From a bacterium (GTDB lineage: Bacteria; UBA8248), in assembly GCA_965200245.1 (NCBI GenBank), contig CBDATS010000004.1:704001-768000 (forward strand): a DNA stretch of 64,000 bases. The letters are read 5' to 3'. Under the pieces are notes generated by a model. It worked only from the letters and a program-made list of their open reading frames with translations, was not told where the DNA came from and did not search any database. Below are positions 50,532 through 61,841 of this stretch, piece after piece. The position numbers and the translations under genes are program-made. How positions within the stretch are numbered: the stretch's first letter is position 1; the number at the start of each line of letters is the position of its first letter.

Positions 50532-52079
50532 TTATTTCTCAAGCTTCGTCATTTTGCCGAGAACGGGCGTTTGCGCAACCTCCGCCACGTTCACCATCTT
50601 CACCACTTTTTTCACGCTCGCTTCCATCCTGCCGAGAAACGGCTTGGGGTAGAGTCCGATCCAGAACATCAGGATGACAAGCGGCAGGAGATAGAACACT
50701 TCACGCGCGTTGCAATCGGTCAGGTTCTCGTTCTTGGGATTGTCGAGGTTCCCGAAGAATACCCGCTGGAAGAGCCAGAGCATATAGGCCGCCCCCAGTA
50801 CGATGCCGATGACGGCGAAGGCCGCGTACACGTAGCTCTTCTTGAACGCGCCGATGAGAATGAGAAACTCGCCCACGAACCCGTTCAGACCCGGCAGCCC
50901 GATGCTGCTCAGCATCGTGATGGCGAAGAACACCGTATAGACGGGCACGATCTTCGAAAGCCCGCCGTATTCCGAGATGAGGCGCGTATGGCGCCTCTCG
51001 TACACGACGCCCACCAGGAGGAACAAGGCGCCCGTGCTGATTCCGTGGTTGATCATCTGAAGCTGTCCGCCGAGAACGCCCTGTTCGTTCAGGGCGAAAA
51101 TGCCCAGCATCACGAAGCCCAGGTGGCTCACCGAAGAATAGGCCACCAGTTTCTTGATGTCGGTCTGCGCCATGGCCACCAGCGCCCCGTAGATGATGCC
51201 GATGATGGAGAGAAGCATCATGAAGGGCACGAATACGTGACTCGCCTGGGGCAGCAGGGGCAGCGCGAAGCGCACAAACCCGTAGGTGCCCATTTTCAGG
51301 AGGATGCCCGCCAGAATCACGCTGCCTGCCGTGGGCGCTTCCACGTGTGCGTCCGGCAACCAAGTGTGGAAGGGGAACATGGGAACCTTGATGGCAAAGC
51401 CGATGAAGAACGCCAGGAATATCCATATCTGGAGCGACAGTGGTATCTTCGGCCCCACGCCGTACAATTCGACCAGATCGAACGTGAGGGTCCCGGTGCC
51501 CATCTTGAAGTTGGCAAAGTAGAACGCCAGGATTCCGAGCAGCATCAATACGCTGCCGAACAGGGTGTAGAGGAAAAACTTGATCGCCGCATACAGTTTT
51601 CTCGGCCCGCCCCAAACGCCGATGAGGAAATACATCGGTACCAGCGTGACCTCGAAGAACACGTAGAACAGGAAGATATCAAGTGCGATGAAGGTGCCCA
51701 GCATGCCGGTCGCCAGCAACAGGAGGCAGACGTAGTATTCCTTCTCGCGCTCCTCGATAGCGGTGAACGAGCACACGACTCCCACGATCATCGTCAGCGT
51801 CGTAAGCAGGACGAGCAGCACACTGATTCCGTCGATGCCGACGAAATAACTCACCCCGATGGTCGGTATCCAGCTCAACTTCTCCACGAACTGAAAGCCG
51901 GCTTCGGATTGATCGAAGCGGAACCACAAGGGAAGTGAGATCAGGAAGTCCACGACCGCTACCGCCGTGGCGAAACCCTTGATGGCTTTCGTCTGCTCTT
52001 TCTTCATGAAGAGCATGATAATCACCGCTCCCGCCGCGGGCAGGAAGGTGATCAGCGTAAGAAGCGGCATGTTACTCAT
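50532..52079 (-). CDS. nuoM: NADH-quinone oxidoreductase subunit M
   Basis: KVPMFPFHTWLPDAHVEAPT, LLKMGTYG, YSSVSHLG. Confidence 0.95.
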   Translation of the reverse strand: MSNMPLLTLITFLPAAGAVIIMLFMKKEQTKAIKGFATAVAVVDFLISLPLWFRFDQSEAGFQFVEKLSWIPTIGVSYFVGIDGISVLLVLLTTLTMIVGVVCSFTAIEEREKEYYVCLLLLATGMLGTFIALDIFLFYVFFEVTLVPMYFLIGVWGGPRKLYAAIKFFLYTLFGSVLMLLGILAFYFANFKMGTGTLTFDLVELYGVGPKIPLSLQIWIFLAFFIGFAIKVPMFPFHTWLPDAHVEAPTAGSVILAGILLKMGTYGFVRFALPLLPQASHVFVPFMMLLSIIGIIYGALVAMAQTDIKKLVAYSSVSHLGFVMLGIFALNEQGVLGGQLQMINHGISTGALFLLVGVVYERRHTRLISEYGGLSKIVPVYTVFFAITMLSSIGLPGLNGFVGEFLILIGAFKKSYVYAAFAVIGIVLGAAYMLWLFQRVFFGNLDNPKNENLTDCNAREVFYLLPLVILMFWIGLYPKPFLGRMEASVKKVVKMVNVAEVAQTPVLGKMTKLEK

Positions 52080-52102
52080 AGTTCCTCCAAAACCTCATCG
52101 CA

Positions 52103-54127
52103 TCAACGGAAAAGGTATACGCTCAGCATCACGAAGATGCCCAACAGCATTACGAGAAGATAATTCTGAACCATTCCGGACTGCAAGTATTTGAATACCT
52201 GGGAAAAGAAGCGAATGAAGCTCGCCGTGCCGTTCACCGCTCCGTCCACGGTCCGAAGATCGAAAATACCCGAAAAACGGCTCGATACGACGGTGATGAG
52301 CGAACTGCCGTTCACCGCCCCGTCCACGACCTTCGCGTCGAAGGACCACAAGCCGCGCATGAGTTTGTAGATCGGCTCGACGATTACCGTCTGGTAAATC
52401 TCGTCAATGTAGCACTTGGCGAGCAGCAGGTAATAGATACCCGGCATACGCTCGTAGAGACGACTCGGTGCCGTGGTATCCTTCACGTACATGCCCCACG
52501 CCAGGACGATGCCGCCCACGGCGACGGCGATGGCAAGAACAATCAGGAAAATCGCCGCCGGTCCGCTGTGCCCGCCGCCTCCGGCCGCCGCGTCCATCAG
52601 GTGTACGCCCTGATCCATGGCGTGGCCGCCTGCCGGCATCTTCGCCAGGGAGGGGGCCAGGAAGTGATGTATCCAGCCATTCTCGGGCGGGAAGCCGGGA
52701 ATCACGCCGCCGATGACGCTCAGAACCGCCAGGATGACGAGCGGAACCGTCATCGTGGCTGGCGATTCGTGTATGTGTTCGCGGGCGTGATGGTCGACGC
52801 GCATCTCGCCGTGGAACGTCATGAAGATGAGACGGAACATGTAGAAGGCTGTCATGAACGCCGCAACCGTTCCCATGATCCAGACCGTGTAGTGCCCCGT
52901 GAAGAAGGCGTTCGCCAGAATCTCGTCCTTGCTCCAGAAACCCGCCAGCGGCGGTACGCCGGCAATGGCGATTGCGCCGATCAGAAACGTCCAGTACGTC
53001 ACGGGCATCTTGTCCTTCAGGCCGCCCATGTAGCGCATGTCCTGCTGCTGTTCCTCGGGCGCGTGGTGCAGCGCGTGGATGACGCTGCCGCTGCCCAAAA
53101 AGAGCAGGCCCTTGAAGAAGGCATGGGTCATGAGGTGGAAGATGCCCGCCGTGAAAGCACCCACGCCCAGTGCCATGAACATGAAACCGAGCTGGCTCAC
53201 CGTGCTGTAGGCAAGTACACGCTTGATGTCGTTTTGCACCAGGCCGATACTCGCGGCGAACAGGCCCGTGAGCGCGCCGACGATGGCGATCACGTTCAGC
53301 GCGTCAGGGCCCATGACGTAGATGGGGCTCGTGCGCGCGACCATGTAGACACCCGCCGTCACCATTGTAGCGGCGTGGATGAGGGCACTCACCGGGGTCG
53401 GGCCTTCCATGGCGTCGGGCAGCCAGACATAAAGCGGAATCTGCGCGCTCTTGCCCGTGGCGCCGATGAACAGCAGCAGACCGACGGCCGTGGCCGCCGC
53501 CGCACTCATTTCGGGAGCTGCCTTGAAAACCTCCGTGTAGGTGAGACTGCCGGTCAGTGTCCATATCAGGAATATGCCGAGCAGAAAACCCGCGTCGCCG
53601 ATACGGTTGACGATGAACGCCTTTTTCCCTGCATCGGACGCTGACTGCTTGTCGAACCAGAAGCCGATGAGCAGGTAGCTGCAAAGGCCCACGCCCTCCC
53701 AGCCAACGAACATGACCAGATAGTTGTCTCCCAGCACGAGGAGAAACATCGAGAGCATAAAGAGGTTCAGATAGGTGAAAAAGCGCGGATAGCCCGGATC
53801 CCCGTGCATATAGCCTACGGCGTAGACATGCACCAGAAAGCCCACACCCGCCACCACAAGCAGCATGATGGTGCTCAGTGGATCGATGAGGAAGCTCATC
53901 GACACGCTCAGGCTGCCCGCTTCCACCCATGTCCACAGCGGTACGGTGTGGCTGCCGCCCGCGCCAAATATCATCTCGCCGGCGATACCCAGCACCACGA
54001 CAAGAGACAAACCCGCCATGACGGATGCGATGGGGCCCGCCTTCTCGCCCACGTGCCTTCCGAACAATCCGTTGACAAGAACCCCGATCACCGGGAAAAC
54101 CGGAATGAGCCAGGCCAGTTCGATCAT
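52103..54127 (-). CDS. nuoL: NADH-quinone oxidoreductase subunit L
   Basis: GKSAQIPLYVWLPDAMEGPTPVSALIHAATMV, THAFFKG. Confidence 0.95.
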   Translation of the reverse strand: MIELAWLIPVFPVIGVLVNGLFGRHVGEKAGPIASVMAGLSLVVVLGIAGEMIFGAGGSHTVPLWTWVEAGSLSVSMSFLIDPLSTIMLLVVAGVGFLVHVYAVGYMHGDPGYPRFFTYLNLFMLSMFLLVLGDNYLVMFVGWEGVGLCSYLLIGFWFDKQSASDAGKKAFIVNRIGDAGFLLGIFLIWTLTGSLTYTEVFKAAPEMSAAAATAVGLLLFIGATGKSAQIPLYVWLPDAMEGPTPVSALIHAATMVTAGVYMVARTSPIYVMGPDALNVIAIVGALTGLFAASIGLVQNDIKRVLAYSTVSQLGFMFMALGVGAFTAGIFHLMTHAFFKGLLFLGSGSVIHALHHAPEEQQQDMRYMGGLKDKMPVTYWTFLIGAIAIAGVPPLAGFWSKDEILANAFFTGHYTVWIMGTVAAFMTAFYMFRLIFMTFHGEMRVDHHAREHIHESPATMTVPLVILAVLSVIGGVIPGFPPENGWIHHFLAPSLAKMPAGGHAMDQGVHLMDAAAGGGGHSGPAAIFLIVLAIAVAVGGIVLAWGMYVKDTTAPSRLYERMPGIYYLLLAKCYIDEIYQTVIVEPIYKLMRGLWSFDAKVVDGAVNGSSLITVVSSRFSGIFDLRTVDGAVNGTASFIRFFSQVFKYLQSGMVQNYLLVMLLGIFVMLSVYLFR

Positions 54128-54134
54128 GATTCCC

Positions 54135-54437
54135 CTACCACTTCAAAAGGTTGACTTCGTCCACGTTGACCATCGTGCGGTCGCGGTTGAGCGCGATGAG
54201 AATCGCGAGTCCCACGGCCGCCTCGCACGCCGCCACAGTAATCACGAATATGGCGAACACCTGGCCCGTCATATCCGCCAGGTGGCGCGAGAAGCCCACG
54301 AAGGTCACGTTCACGGCGTTGAGCATCAACTCGATGGACAACAGGATGATGATGGCGTTCCGGCGCATCAACACACCCATCGCGCCGATGAGAAACAGGA
54401 TGGCGCCCAAACCCAGAAAATGGGTGACCGGTATCAT
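54135..54437 (-). CDS. nuoK: NADH-quinone oxidoreductase subunit K
   Basis: [24 protein letters not shown]. Confidence 0.95.
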   Translation of the reverse strand: MIPVTHFLGLGAILFLIGAMGVLMRRNAIIILLSIELMLNAVNVTFVGFSRHLADMTGQVFAIFVITVAACEAAVGLAILIALNRDRTMVNVDEVNLLKW

Positions 54438-54456
54438 CGTGCGTTCCCTCTCCCCT

Positions 54457-54975
54457 CTATCTTTCTATCCTGCGTTTTGCCAGGACAATGGCACCGATCA
54501 TCGCGGCCAGCAGGAGGATGGAGGCCACCTCGAAGGGAAACAGGAATTTCGTGTACAGAACCGCGCCGAGAGCTTCGACATTTCCCGGCGTGGCTCCCAG
54601 CGACCACTCCCATTGCTTCGACGCCGGGAACTCCACATTCCCCAGCACGACCCATATTTCGAGGCCTAGCAAGACGGCAGCTACGAGCGCCATTACACCC
54701 TGGCGGTGCCATTGCCGCATCCGCACGGCCACTTCCACGTTCATCAGCATGATCGAAAACAGATAAAGCACCATGATGCCGCCCGCGTAGAGCAGAATCT
54801 GTACCGCCGCCAGGAACTCCGCCCCCGCCAGAACGAAGACGCCCGACAGGAGCAGGAACGTCAGAACCAGCAACAAGGCCGCGTGAATCACGTTCGCTCG
54901 GGTAATCATCAGCAGGGAGGTGAGAATCATCCCGCCCGCGAACATATAAAAGAAATATAGCTCCACCCTGCACAT
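54457..54975 (-). CDS. nuoJ: NADH-quinone oxidoreductase subunit J
   Basis: [29 protein letters not shown]. Confidence 0.95.
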   Translation of the reverse strand: MCRVELYFFYMFAGGMILTSLLMITRANVIHAALLLVLTFLLLSGVFVLAGAEFLAAVQILLYAGGIMVLYLFSIMLMNVEVAVRMRQWHRQGVMALVAAVLLGLEIWVVLGNVEFPASKQWEWSLGATPGNVEALGAVLYTKFLFPFEVASILLLAAMIGAIVLAKRRIER

Positions 54976-54985
54976 CTCCCGCGGG

Positions 54986-55957
54986 TTACAAGAACAGGTA
55001 TTTGATGAATCCGGTCAGAAAAATGTTGATCATCACGAGCGGGAACATGAACTTCCAGCCTACGCGCATGAGTTGATCGTAGCGGTAGCGCGGCAACGTC
55101 GCCCGCAGCCAGATGAACACGAACATCATTGCGCCCAGCTTGATGACGTACCAGACGAAGCCGGGGAGCGGAATGAAATCCGGCCCATCCCATCCGCCGA
55201 AAAACAGCACGATGCCCACCGTCGATATGACTATCATGCTGGCGTATTCCGCCAGGAAGAAGAACGCGAACTTCATTCCGCTGTATTCGGTGTGAAAACC
55301 CGCCACGAGCTCGGTTTCCGCCTCGGGCAAATCGAAGGGCGCGCGGTTCGTCTCCGCCAGCGCCGCGACGAAAAACACGATGAACGCGATGGGCTGGTAG
55401 AACACGAACCACACGTCGCGCTGTGCGTGTACGATCTCCTGCATGTTCAGCGAACCCGCGAGCATCAGAGGACCGATGACGGAGAAACCCAGAAAAATCT
55501 CGTAGCTCAGCATCTGCGCCGCGCTCCTGAGCGCACCCAGAAGCGAGTACTTGCTGTTCGACGCCCAGCCCGCCATCACGACACCGAACACGCCGAGCGA
55601 ACTCACCGCCAAGATGAAAAACAGCCCGATGTTGATTTGCGTGATGTAGAACGTCGCACTGAAGGGCAACACCGCGTAGACGACGAAAGCGGGCACCAGC
55701 ACCATCACGGGTGCCAGCACGAACACCACCCTGTCCGCCTTGTCGGGGATGATGTCTTCCTTGAGGAAGAGCTTCAGCCCGTCTGCTATCGGCTGCAGGA
55801 GGCCATGCCAGCCCACGCGCATTGGACCGAGGCGCAACTGGGCATGGGCGATCACCTTGCGCTCGACGTAGATCATATACGCCACCACGAGTTGCACCAC
55901 GTTTACCACAATGAATATCTTTATCGCGGCGACCGCGACTTCAAGCGCCATTTCCAA
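54986..55957 (-). CDS. nuoH: NADH-quinone oxidoreductase subunit H
   Basis: GLLQPIADGLKLFLKE, NRAPFDLPEAE, PRYRYDQLM. Confidence 0.95.
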   Translation of the reverse strand: MEMALEVAVAAIKIFIVVNVVQLVVAYMIYVERKVIAHAQLRLGPMRVGWHGLLQPIADGLKLFLKEDIIPDKADRVVFVLAPVMVLVPAFVVYAVLPFSATFYITQINIGLFFILAVSSLGVFGVVMAGWASNSKYSLLGALRSAAQMLSYEIFLGFSVIGPLMLAGSLNMQEIVHAQRDVWFVFYQPIAFIVFFVAALAETNRAPFDLPEAETELVAGFHTEYSGMKFAFFFLAEYASMIVISTVGIVLFFGGWDGPDFIPLPGFVWYVIKLGAMMFVFIWLRATLPRYRYDQLMRVGWKFMFPLVMINIFLTGFIKYLFL

Positions 55958-55969
55958 CGAAGCTACTCC

Positions 55970-57112
55970 TTACCGATCACACTCGCCCAACACGATGTCG
56001 ATGCTCCCGATGATGGCCACCACGTCCGCGACCAGCTGGCCCACGCACAGTTTCCTGAGCCCGCCCAGGTTGATGAATGAGGGCGGGCGAATCCGGACGC
56101 GATAGGGCGTCGTCGTCCCGTCGCTCACAATGTAGAAGCCGAACTCACCCTTGGGATTCTCGATGCTGTGGTATATCTCGCCCTCGGGCGGCTTGATGGT
56201 CCTGGGCGTCTTGCAGCTCACCGGCCCGCCGGGAAGCTGCTCCAGGCACTGCTGGATGATGCGCGTGCTCTGGCGAAGTTCCTCGATACGCACTAGGTAG
56301 CGGTCGTATATGTCGCCGTTCTCGCCCACGGGCACGACAAAATCGAGATAGGGATACGCCGCGTAGGGCTTGGCACGCCGCAAATCCCAACGTACGCCGC
56401 TGCCCCGGATGATCGGCCCCGTCAGGCCCAGGTCCATCGCGTCCTCCGCCGAAATGATCCCGACGTCGCGCGTTCTCTGCAGCCATATACGGTTGTTCGT
56501 GAGCAGCGTCTCGTAGTCGTCAATCCGGCTCGGGAAGATGTCCACGAACTCTTGCGTGAGTTGCAGGAACTTTTCGGGCACGTCCTCGTGCAGGCCACCC
56601 AGGCGGAAGGCGTTCACCGTCAAGCGGCCACCGAAGGCCGTTTCGAACAAATCGAGTGCTATCTCGCGTTCCCGGAAACACCACAGGAACACGGTCATCG
56701 CCCCGATGTCCAGGGCATGCGTAGCGAGCCAGAGCAGATGGCTGGCGATGCGGGAAAGCTCTCCCACCATCGAGCGGATGTACTGCGCCCGCATGGGAAT
56801 TTCCCAGTCGAAGAACTTCTCCACCGCCGTCACCCATGCGAGATTGTTCGAGGGGGCGGCGATGTAGTCGAGCCTGTCCGTATAGGGGATGAACATCGTG
56901 TACGTGATGTTCTCTCCGATCTTCTCCGTGCCGCGGTGGAGGTAGCCGATGTCGCAGTCGAGATCGTTCACTGTCTCGCCGTCGAGCTTCAGGATGACCC
57001 GCAGTACCCCGTGCGTGCTCGGATGCTGGGGACCCATGTTGACAACGAGTTCTTCGGTCCCGTGCACGGTGCTCTGCTGTTCGATACGAGACATGTTCGC
57101 TACGCCGACCAT
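55970..57112 (-). CDS. nuoD: NADH-quinone oxidoreductase subunit D
   Basis: NMGPQHPSTHGVLR, GYLHRGTEK, DIVLGECDR. Confidence 0.95.
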   Translation of the reverse strand: MVGVANMSRIEQQSTVHGTEELVVNMGPQHPSTHGVLRVILKLDGETVNDLDCDIGYLHRGTEKIGENITYTMFIPYTDRLDYIAAPSNNLAWVTAVEKFFDWEIPMRAQYIRSMVGELSRIASHLLWLATHALDIGAMTVFLWCFREREIALDLFETAFGGRLTVNAFRLGGLHEDVPEKFLQLTQEFVDIFPSRIDDYETLLTNNRIWLQRTRDVGIISAEDAMDLGLTGPIIRGSGVRWDLRRAKPYAAYPYLDFVVPVGENGDIYDRYLVRIEELRQSTRIIQQCLEQLPGGPVSCKTPRTIKPPEGEIYHSIENPKGEFGFYIVSDGTTTPYRVRIRPPSFINLGGLRKLCVGQLVADVVAIIGSIDIVLGECDR

Positions 57113-57143
57113 TCCCTCATTCCCTCAAAAGGCTCATCCGCCC

Positions 57144-57701
57144 TCAGGCGCCGATTTCCCTGCGTTTCGGCTTGGTGTAAATCCGCTCTCCCCTGCCCTC
57201 GAGCGGATAGTCTTTCCGCATGGGGTGGCTGCCCCAGTTGTCGGGCAGAAGTATCCGTCGCAAATCCGGATGATCCTGAAACTCGATGCCGAACAGGTCG
57301 TACACCTCGCGCTCCATCCAGTCAGCACTGCTCCAGACACCCGAGACCGTGGGCATGGCCTGTCCTTCCCTGATACGCACCTTGAGTCGCAGCCTGCGGT
57401 TATGCTCGAAGCTGTAGAGGTGGTAGAGCATCTCGAAGGGGTTTTCGGCCCCGGGGTAGTGCGTCGCCGTCAAATCGGTGAGAAGCTTGAAAAGCGAATC
57501 ACCGTGGTCGCGCAGGTGGGTGGCCACCTCGACGATGGAATCGACGCCCAGCACGAACGTCGTCTCGTCCTCATCGTCCTCGTAGGCGCTTTGCTCCAGC
57601 ACCGTGCCCGGAAACACGGATTCCACCATCTCTTTCAAATCCTCGCCGGGTTCCGTCGCGCCATTCGCCTGATCGCTGTTTTCCACCACTTCGTCGGGCA
57701 T
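57144..57701 (-). CDS. nuoC: NADH-quinone oxidoreductase subunit C
   Basis: WMEREVYDLFGI, HPDLRRIL, HPMRKDYP. Confidence 0.95.
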   Translation of the reverse strand: MPDEVVENSDQANGATEPGEDLKEMVESVFPGTVLEQSAYEDDEDETTFVLGVDSIVEVATHLRDHGDSLFKLLTDLTATHYPGAENPFEMLYHLYSFEHNRRLRLKVRIREGQAMPTVSGVWSSADWMEREVYDLFGIEFQDHPDLRRILLPDNWGSHPMRKDYPLEGRGERIYTKPKRREIGA

Positions 57702-57728
57702 CTTCTTCCCTTGTGCGCCGTATGGATT

Positions 57729-58205
57729 TTATCTGCGGATGTATTTTTCCTGTTCAATCTTTTTCTGAAGCTGCATGACGCCCCACATCAAGGACTCGGG
57801 CCTAGGCGGGCAACCTGGAACGTAGACGTCCACCGGGATGACTTCATCCACTCCCTGCATCACAGCGTAGTTCGCGTAGGGACCGCCGCATGTCGCGCAG
57901 TTACCCATCGCTATCACCCACCGCGGCTCGGGCATCTGATCGTAGACCTTGCGAATGGCGTCCCCCATCTTGTGGGTGACGGTGCCCGCCACGATGATCA
58001 CGTCCGACTGGCGCGGCGTGGCCCGGAAAATCACGCCGAAACGGTCGAAATCGTAGCGCGCAGCACCCGAGGCCATCATCTCGATGGCACAGCACGCCAG
58101 GCCAAAGGTCATCGGCCAGAGCGCGCTCTTTCTCGCCCAGGCGACCAGGCTGTCGACTTTCGACGTAACGAAATTATCGCTGAACTTGCCTTCGACTAAG
58201 CCCAC
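57729..58205 (-). CDS. nuoB: NADH-quinone oxidoreductase subunit B
   Basis: GTG start overlapping nuoA end; [22 protein letters not shown]. Confidence 0.95.
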   Translation of the reverse strand: MGLVEGKFSDNFVTSKVDSLVAWARKSALWPMTFGLACCAIEMMASGAARYDFDRFGVIFRATPRQSDVIIVAGTVTHKMGDAIRKVYDQMPEPRWVIAMGNCATCGGPYANYAVMQGVDEVIPVDVYVPGCPPRPESLMWGVMQLQKKIEQEKYIRR

Positions 58206-58597
58206 TCCAGCGCCCCTTTTCTCCAAGCGTAGAAATAACCCACCAGTAATATGGCGATGAACAGCATCATCTCGATGAATCCGAACAGCCCGAGCGCGTC
58301 GTAGCGAACCGCCCACGGGAAGAGGAACAGCGCCTCCACGTCGAATAGCAGAAACAGTATGCCCAACAGGTAAAACCGGACGGAAAAGCGCTCGTGCGCC
58401 TCCATCAGGGGAGGCATGCCGCACTCATAGGGGGAGTTCTTTTCGGGGTCGGGATTGTTCGGACGGATGGCCAGCGCGAAGATCAGGATACTCGCGGCGA
58501 GGGCGGCCGCCATGAGCGTGATCAGGAAGATGGGAATGTAGGGATTGATGGCCTGATAATCCCGGAAAAAGGCGCCCACAACCTCCATCGCATCCAT
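58196..58597 (-). CDS. nuoA: NADH-quinone oxidoreductase subunit A
   Basis: [20 protein letters not shown]. Confidence 0.95.
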   Translation of the reverse strand: MDAMEVVGAFFRDYQAINPYIPIFLITLMAAALAASILIFALAIRPNNPDPEKNSPYECGMPPLMEAHERFSVRFYLLGILFLLFDVEALFLFPWAVRYDALGLFGFIEMMLFIAILLVGYFYAWRKGALEWA

Positions 58598-58768
58598 GCG
58601 TAGCCCCCCACAAGACCGCAAACACCCGGAGAGGATAAAAAATGCGCTGCCTTCATCCCCGACGGCGGGCGGTGATTTTCCTCGAAAACTCCAGACTCGA
58701 AAACATGAAATCGAACGAACCGCCAAGACTTATAACATGGCGGCAACCGAAAAACCAACCCCCGGAGG

Positions 58769-60247
58769 TCAATTAAAAAACACTGCGGATCGATGGGCGA
58801 AGTCCAGCACCGAAGAGGGGAAAATCCCCAGTTGCAGGGTGCTCGCGACGGCGAGCGTGAGTGCCGCGAGCGCATAGGACCAGCCGGGATGCGGCTCGCT
58901 CCTCGCGTCCCCGTCCCGGGGTTCGCGCATGTACATCACAACGACGAGGCGCAGATAATAATATACGGCTACCACACTGTTGAGCACCGCTATCACGGTC
59001 AGCCAGACGTAACCGCCGTTCAGCGCAGCACTGAACACCTGGAATTTCGCCACGAATCCTCCCGTGGGTGGCAGACCGGAGAGCGAGACCATGAACACAG
59101 CCATTGCAGCTGCGAGACCCGGACGGAAAGAGGCCAGACCTGCGAGATTCTCGAGCCTCGTGCCACCGTCCTCGCGCATGTTCGAGATGAGGATAAGCAC
59201 GCAGAAAGCGCCCATGTTCATGAAGACGTAGACCAGCATGTAATACAGGAAACCACTCGTGGCCAACTCCGCGCTCGAGCGCGAGGCCACCAGCGCGACC
59301 ATTAGATAGCCCGCGTGGGCGATGCTTGAATAAGCGAGCATCCGCTTCACGCAGGCCTGCCAGATGGCGACCAGGTTCGCCAGACTCATCGTGAGGACGG
59401 CCATGACCCACAAAACCGAATCCAGGTTTCCGCCAGCCTCGCCCACCGAGAGAAAAATCCGGAAAAACGCAGCGAAAGCCGCCGCCTTGGGTCCTACGGA
59501 CATGAAGGCCGTTACCGCCGTGGGTGAACCCTCGTACACGTCGGGCGTCCACATGTAGAAAGGTGCAGCGGCCACCTTGAAACCCAGACCCACCACCATG
59601 AAGCCCAGACCCACCAAAAAGGCAGCGCCGCGCGATGCGGAATTCTCGTGCAGGCGCGCGGCTATCTCGATCAGATCCACCGAGCCGGTAGCGCCATAGA
59701 CGAGCGCCATGCCGTAGAGCAGAAAGCCCGAGGCAAACGAGCCGAGCAGAAAGTATTTGAGGGACGCCTCGTTGCTCTCGGGGCGCGCGCGCAGATAGCC
59801 CGCCAGCACGTAAAGCGACAGGGAGAACACTTCCATGCCTACGAAGATCATCAGCAGGTTACGCGTCGCCGCCATGAGCATCATGCCGGAGGTGGCGAAG
59901 AGGATAAGGCCGAAATATTCACCCGCCGGCGTTTCGTCCAGTTCCCGCTGGGCGGCGGCGATGAGCACCGAGAATATGCTCGCGAACAGGATGACGACGT
60001 AGAGAAACTGCGTGAATCCATCGAAGAGGTACATGCCGCCGAACGAGGCCGCCAAACCCGGCAGCGCCCGCGCGCCGAGCGTGAGACCCAGGGCAGCGGC
60101 CAGCGTCAACAGCGCAATGAGAACGATGGCCGATCGCTCTCCCCTAGCGAGAAAGGCGTCCCACATCAGCACCAGCACCGCGCCGCATACCGGCAGGATC
60201 ACCGGCAGCAGGTATCCCCAATGGATCGTAGGATGAACGATTTCCAA
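58769..60247 (-). CDS. nuoN: NADH-quinone oxidoreductase subunit N (second paralog)
   Basis: EASLKYFLLGSFAS, PFYMWTPDVYEGSP. Confidence 0.95.
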   Translation of the reverse strand: MEIVHPTIHWGYLLPVILPVCGAVLVLMWDAFLARGERSAIVLIALLTLAAALGLTLGARALPGLAASFGGMYLFDGFTQFLYVVILFASIFSVLIAAAQRELDETPAGEYFGLILFATSGMMLMAATRNLLMIFVGMEVFSLSLYVLAGYLRARPESNEASLKYFLLGSFASGFLLYGMALVYGATGSVDLIEIAARLHENSASRGAAFLVGLGFMVVGLGFKVAAAPFYMWTPDVYEGSPTAVTAFMSVGPKAAAFAAFFRIFLSVGEAGGNLDSVLWVMAVLTMSLANLVAIWQACVKRMLAYSSIAHAGYLMVALVASRSSAELATSGFLYYMLVYVFMNMGAFCVLILISNMREDGGTRLENLAGLASFRPGLAAAMAVFMVSLSGLPPTGGFVAKFQVFSAALNGGYVWLTVIAVLNSVVAVYYYLRLVVVMYMREPRDGDARSEPHPGWSYALAALTLAVASTLQLGIFPSSVLDFAHRSAVFFN

Positions 60248-60248
60248 A

Positions 60249-61805
60249 CTATTTCACCTCGAGTCTCTGAACATAAGCGTGCGCGTTCTTCCCTGTCATG
60301 ACCTCGGGGGCCTTCTCCACGTGCAGCACCCGGCGGTTCACCTGCGACAGCCATGCCCTGGCCGAGGGTTCGATGCGGCTGAACAGCGACTTGGGGTACA
60401 ACCCGATCCAGAACATGAGGACCACCATGGGCAGTATGACGAGCCACTCGCGCCTGCTCATGTCGGCGAGCCCGAGGTTTGCCTGCACGCTCACTTCCCC
60501 GAACAGGACGCGCTGCAGCATCCAGAGCATGTAGATGGCCGACAGAACCACGCCGGTAGTCGCGATGACGGCGAACCAGGCGTTGCGTTCAAACGCACCC
60601 AGCAGAATCATGAACTCGCCCACGAAGCCGTTCAGCCCCGGCAGGCCGATGCTGCTCAGCGCCGTGATGATGAAAAACGTCGAGAATACGGGCATCACCC
60701 GTATGAGGCCGCCGAATTCATCAATGAGCCTCGTGTGCCTCCTCGTATAGATGAAGCCCACGATCAGGAAGAGTGCCCCGCTGCTGATGCCGTGGTTCAC
60801 CATCTGCAGCACGCTTCCCGAAGCCCCCAGCAGGTTGAACGAGAAAAGTCCCAACATCACGAAGCCCAAATGACTCACCGAGGAGTAGGCCACAAGCTTT
60901 TTCACATCCGTCTGCACCATGGCCATGAGCGCGCCGTAAATGATGCCCGCCAGCGCCAGACAGATGATGAGGAACGCGAACTCGTGCGCCGCTGTCGGGA
61001 AAAGCGGCATCGCCAGCCTCATGAAGCCGTAGGTGCCCATCTTCAGGAGAACGCCCGCGAGGATAACGCTCCCTGCCGTGGGCGCTTCCACGTGGGCGTC
61101 CGGCAGCCAGGTGTGGAACGGGAAAATCGGCACCTTGATGGCGAAGGAAATGGCGAACGCGGCGAACAGCCACGGCTGGAGAGCGGGGTCCACGGGTTCG
61201 CGGAAATACGCGAGGATGTCGAACGTGCCGACCCCGCCCGCGAAATAGAGCCAGATGATCGCCACGAGCATCAACACGCTTCCGGCCATGGTGTAGAGGA
61301 AGAACTTCACGGCCGCGTAGATCCGCCTGCCTCCGCCCCAGACCCCGATGATGAGATACATCGGGATCAGCATCCCCTCCCAGAAGACGTAGAACAGGAA
61401 GAAATCGAGCGCGAAGAAAACGCCGAGCATCCCCGTCTCCAGGAACAGCAGGGACATGTAGTAGAGCCGCGTCTTCTTGCGCACGTCCTCGAAGGAAAAG
61501 AGAATCGCCACAGGCGTCAGGATGGTGGTGAGCATCACCAGCAAGAGACTGATACCGTCCACGCCGACCTTGTAGGAAATCCCGAATCTGGGTATCCACG
61601 CCGCTTCCTCGACGAACTGCATCCCGGCAACGCCGGGCCGGAACCACAGGTACATCACGACCGAAAGGGCGAACGTGGCGAGAGACACCGCCAACGCGAA
61701 CACGCGCACGCCGCCCCCCTCTTTTCCCTCGCCCTCTCGCGCCAGCAGGAGCAACAGCCCCCCCAGCAGGGGCAAAAACAGTATCGAGGTGATTATTCCA
61801 GGCAC
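60249..61805 (-). CDS. nuoM: NADH-quinone oxidoreductase subunit M (second paralog)
   Basis: FHTWLPDAHVEAPT, LLKMGTYG. Confidence 0.95.
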   Translation of the reverse strand: MPGIITSILFLPLLGGLLLLLAREGEGKEGGGVRVFALAVSLATFALSVVMYLWFRPGVAGMQFVEEAAWIPRFGISYKVGVDGISLLLVMLTTILTPVAILFSFEDVRKKTRLYYMSLLFLETGMLGVFFALDFFLFYVFWEGMLIPMYLIIGVWGGGRRIYAAVKFFLYTMAGSVLMLVAIIWLYFAGGVGTFDILAYFREPVDPALQPWLFAAFAISFAIKVPIFPFHTWLPDAHVEAPTAGSVILAGVLLKMGTYGFMRLAMPLFPTAAHEFAFLIICLALAGIIYGALMAMVQTDVKKLVAYSSVSHLGFVMLGLFSFNLLGASGSVLQMVNHGISSGALFLIVGFIYTRRHTRLIDEFGGLIRVMPVFSTFFIITALSSIGLPGLNGFVGEFMILLGAFERNAWFAVIATTGVVLSAIYMLWMLQRVLFGEVSVQANLGLADMSRREWLVILPMVVLMFWIGLYPKSLFSRIEPSARAWLSQVNRRVLHVEKAPEVMTGKNAHAYVQRLEVK

Positions 61806-61841
61806 TCGCCCCTCACGCTCCCTGAAGAATCGTAAAAACCA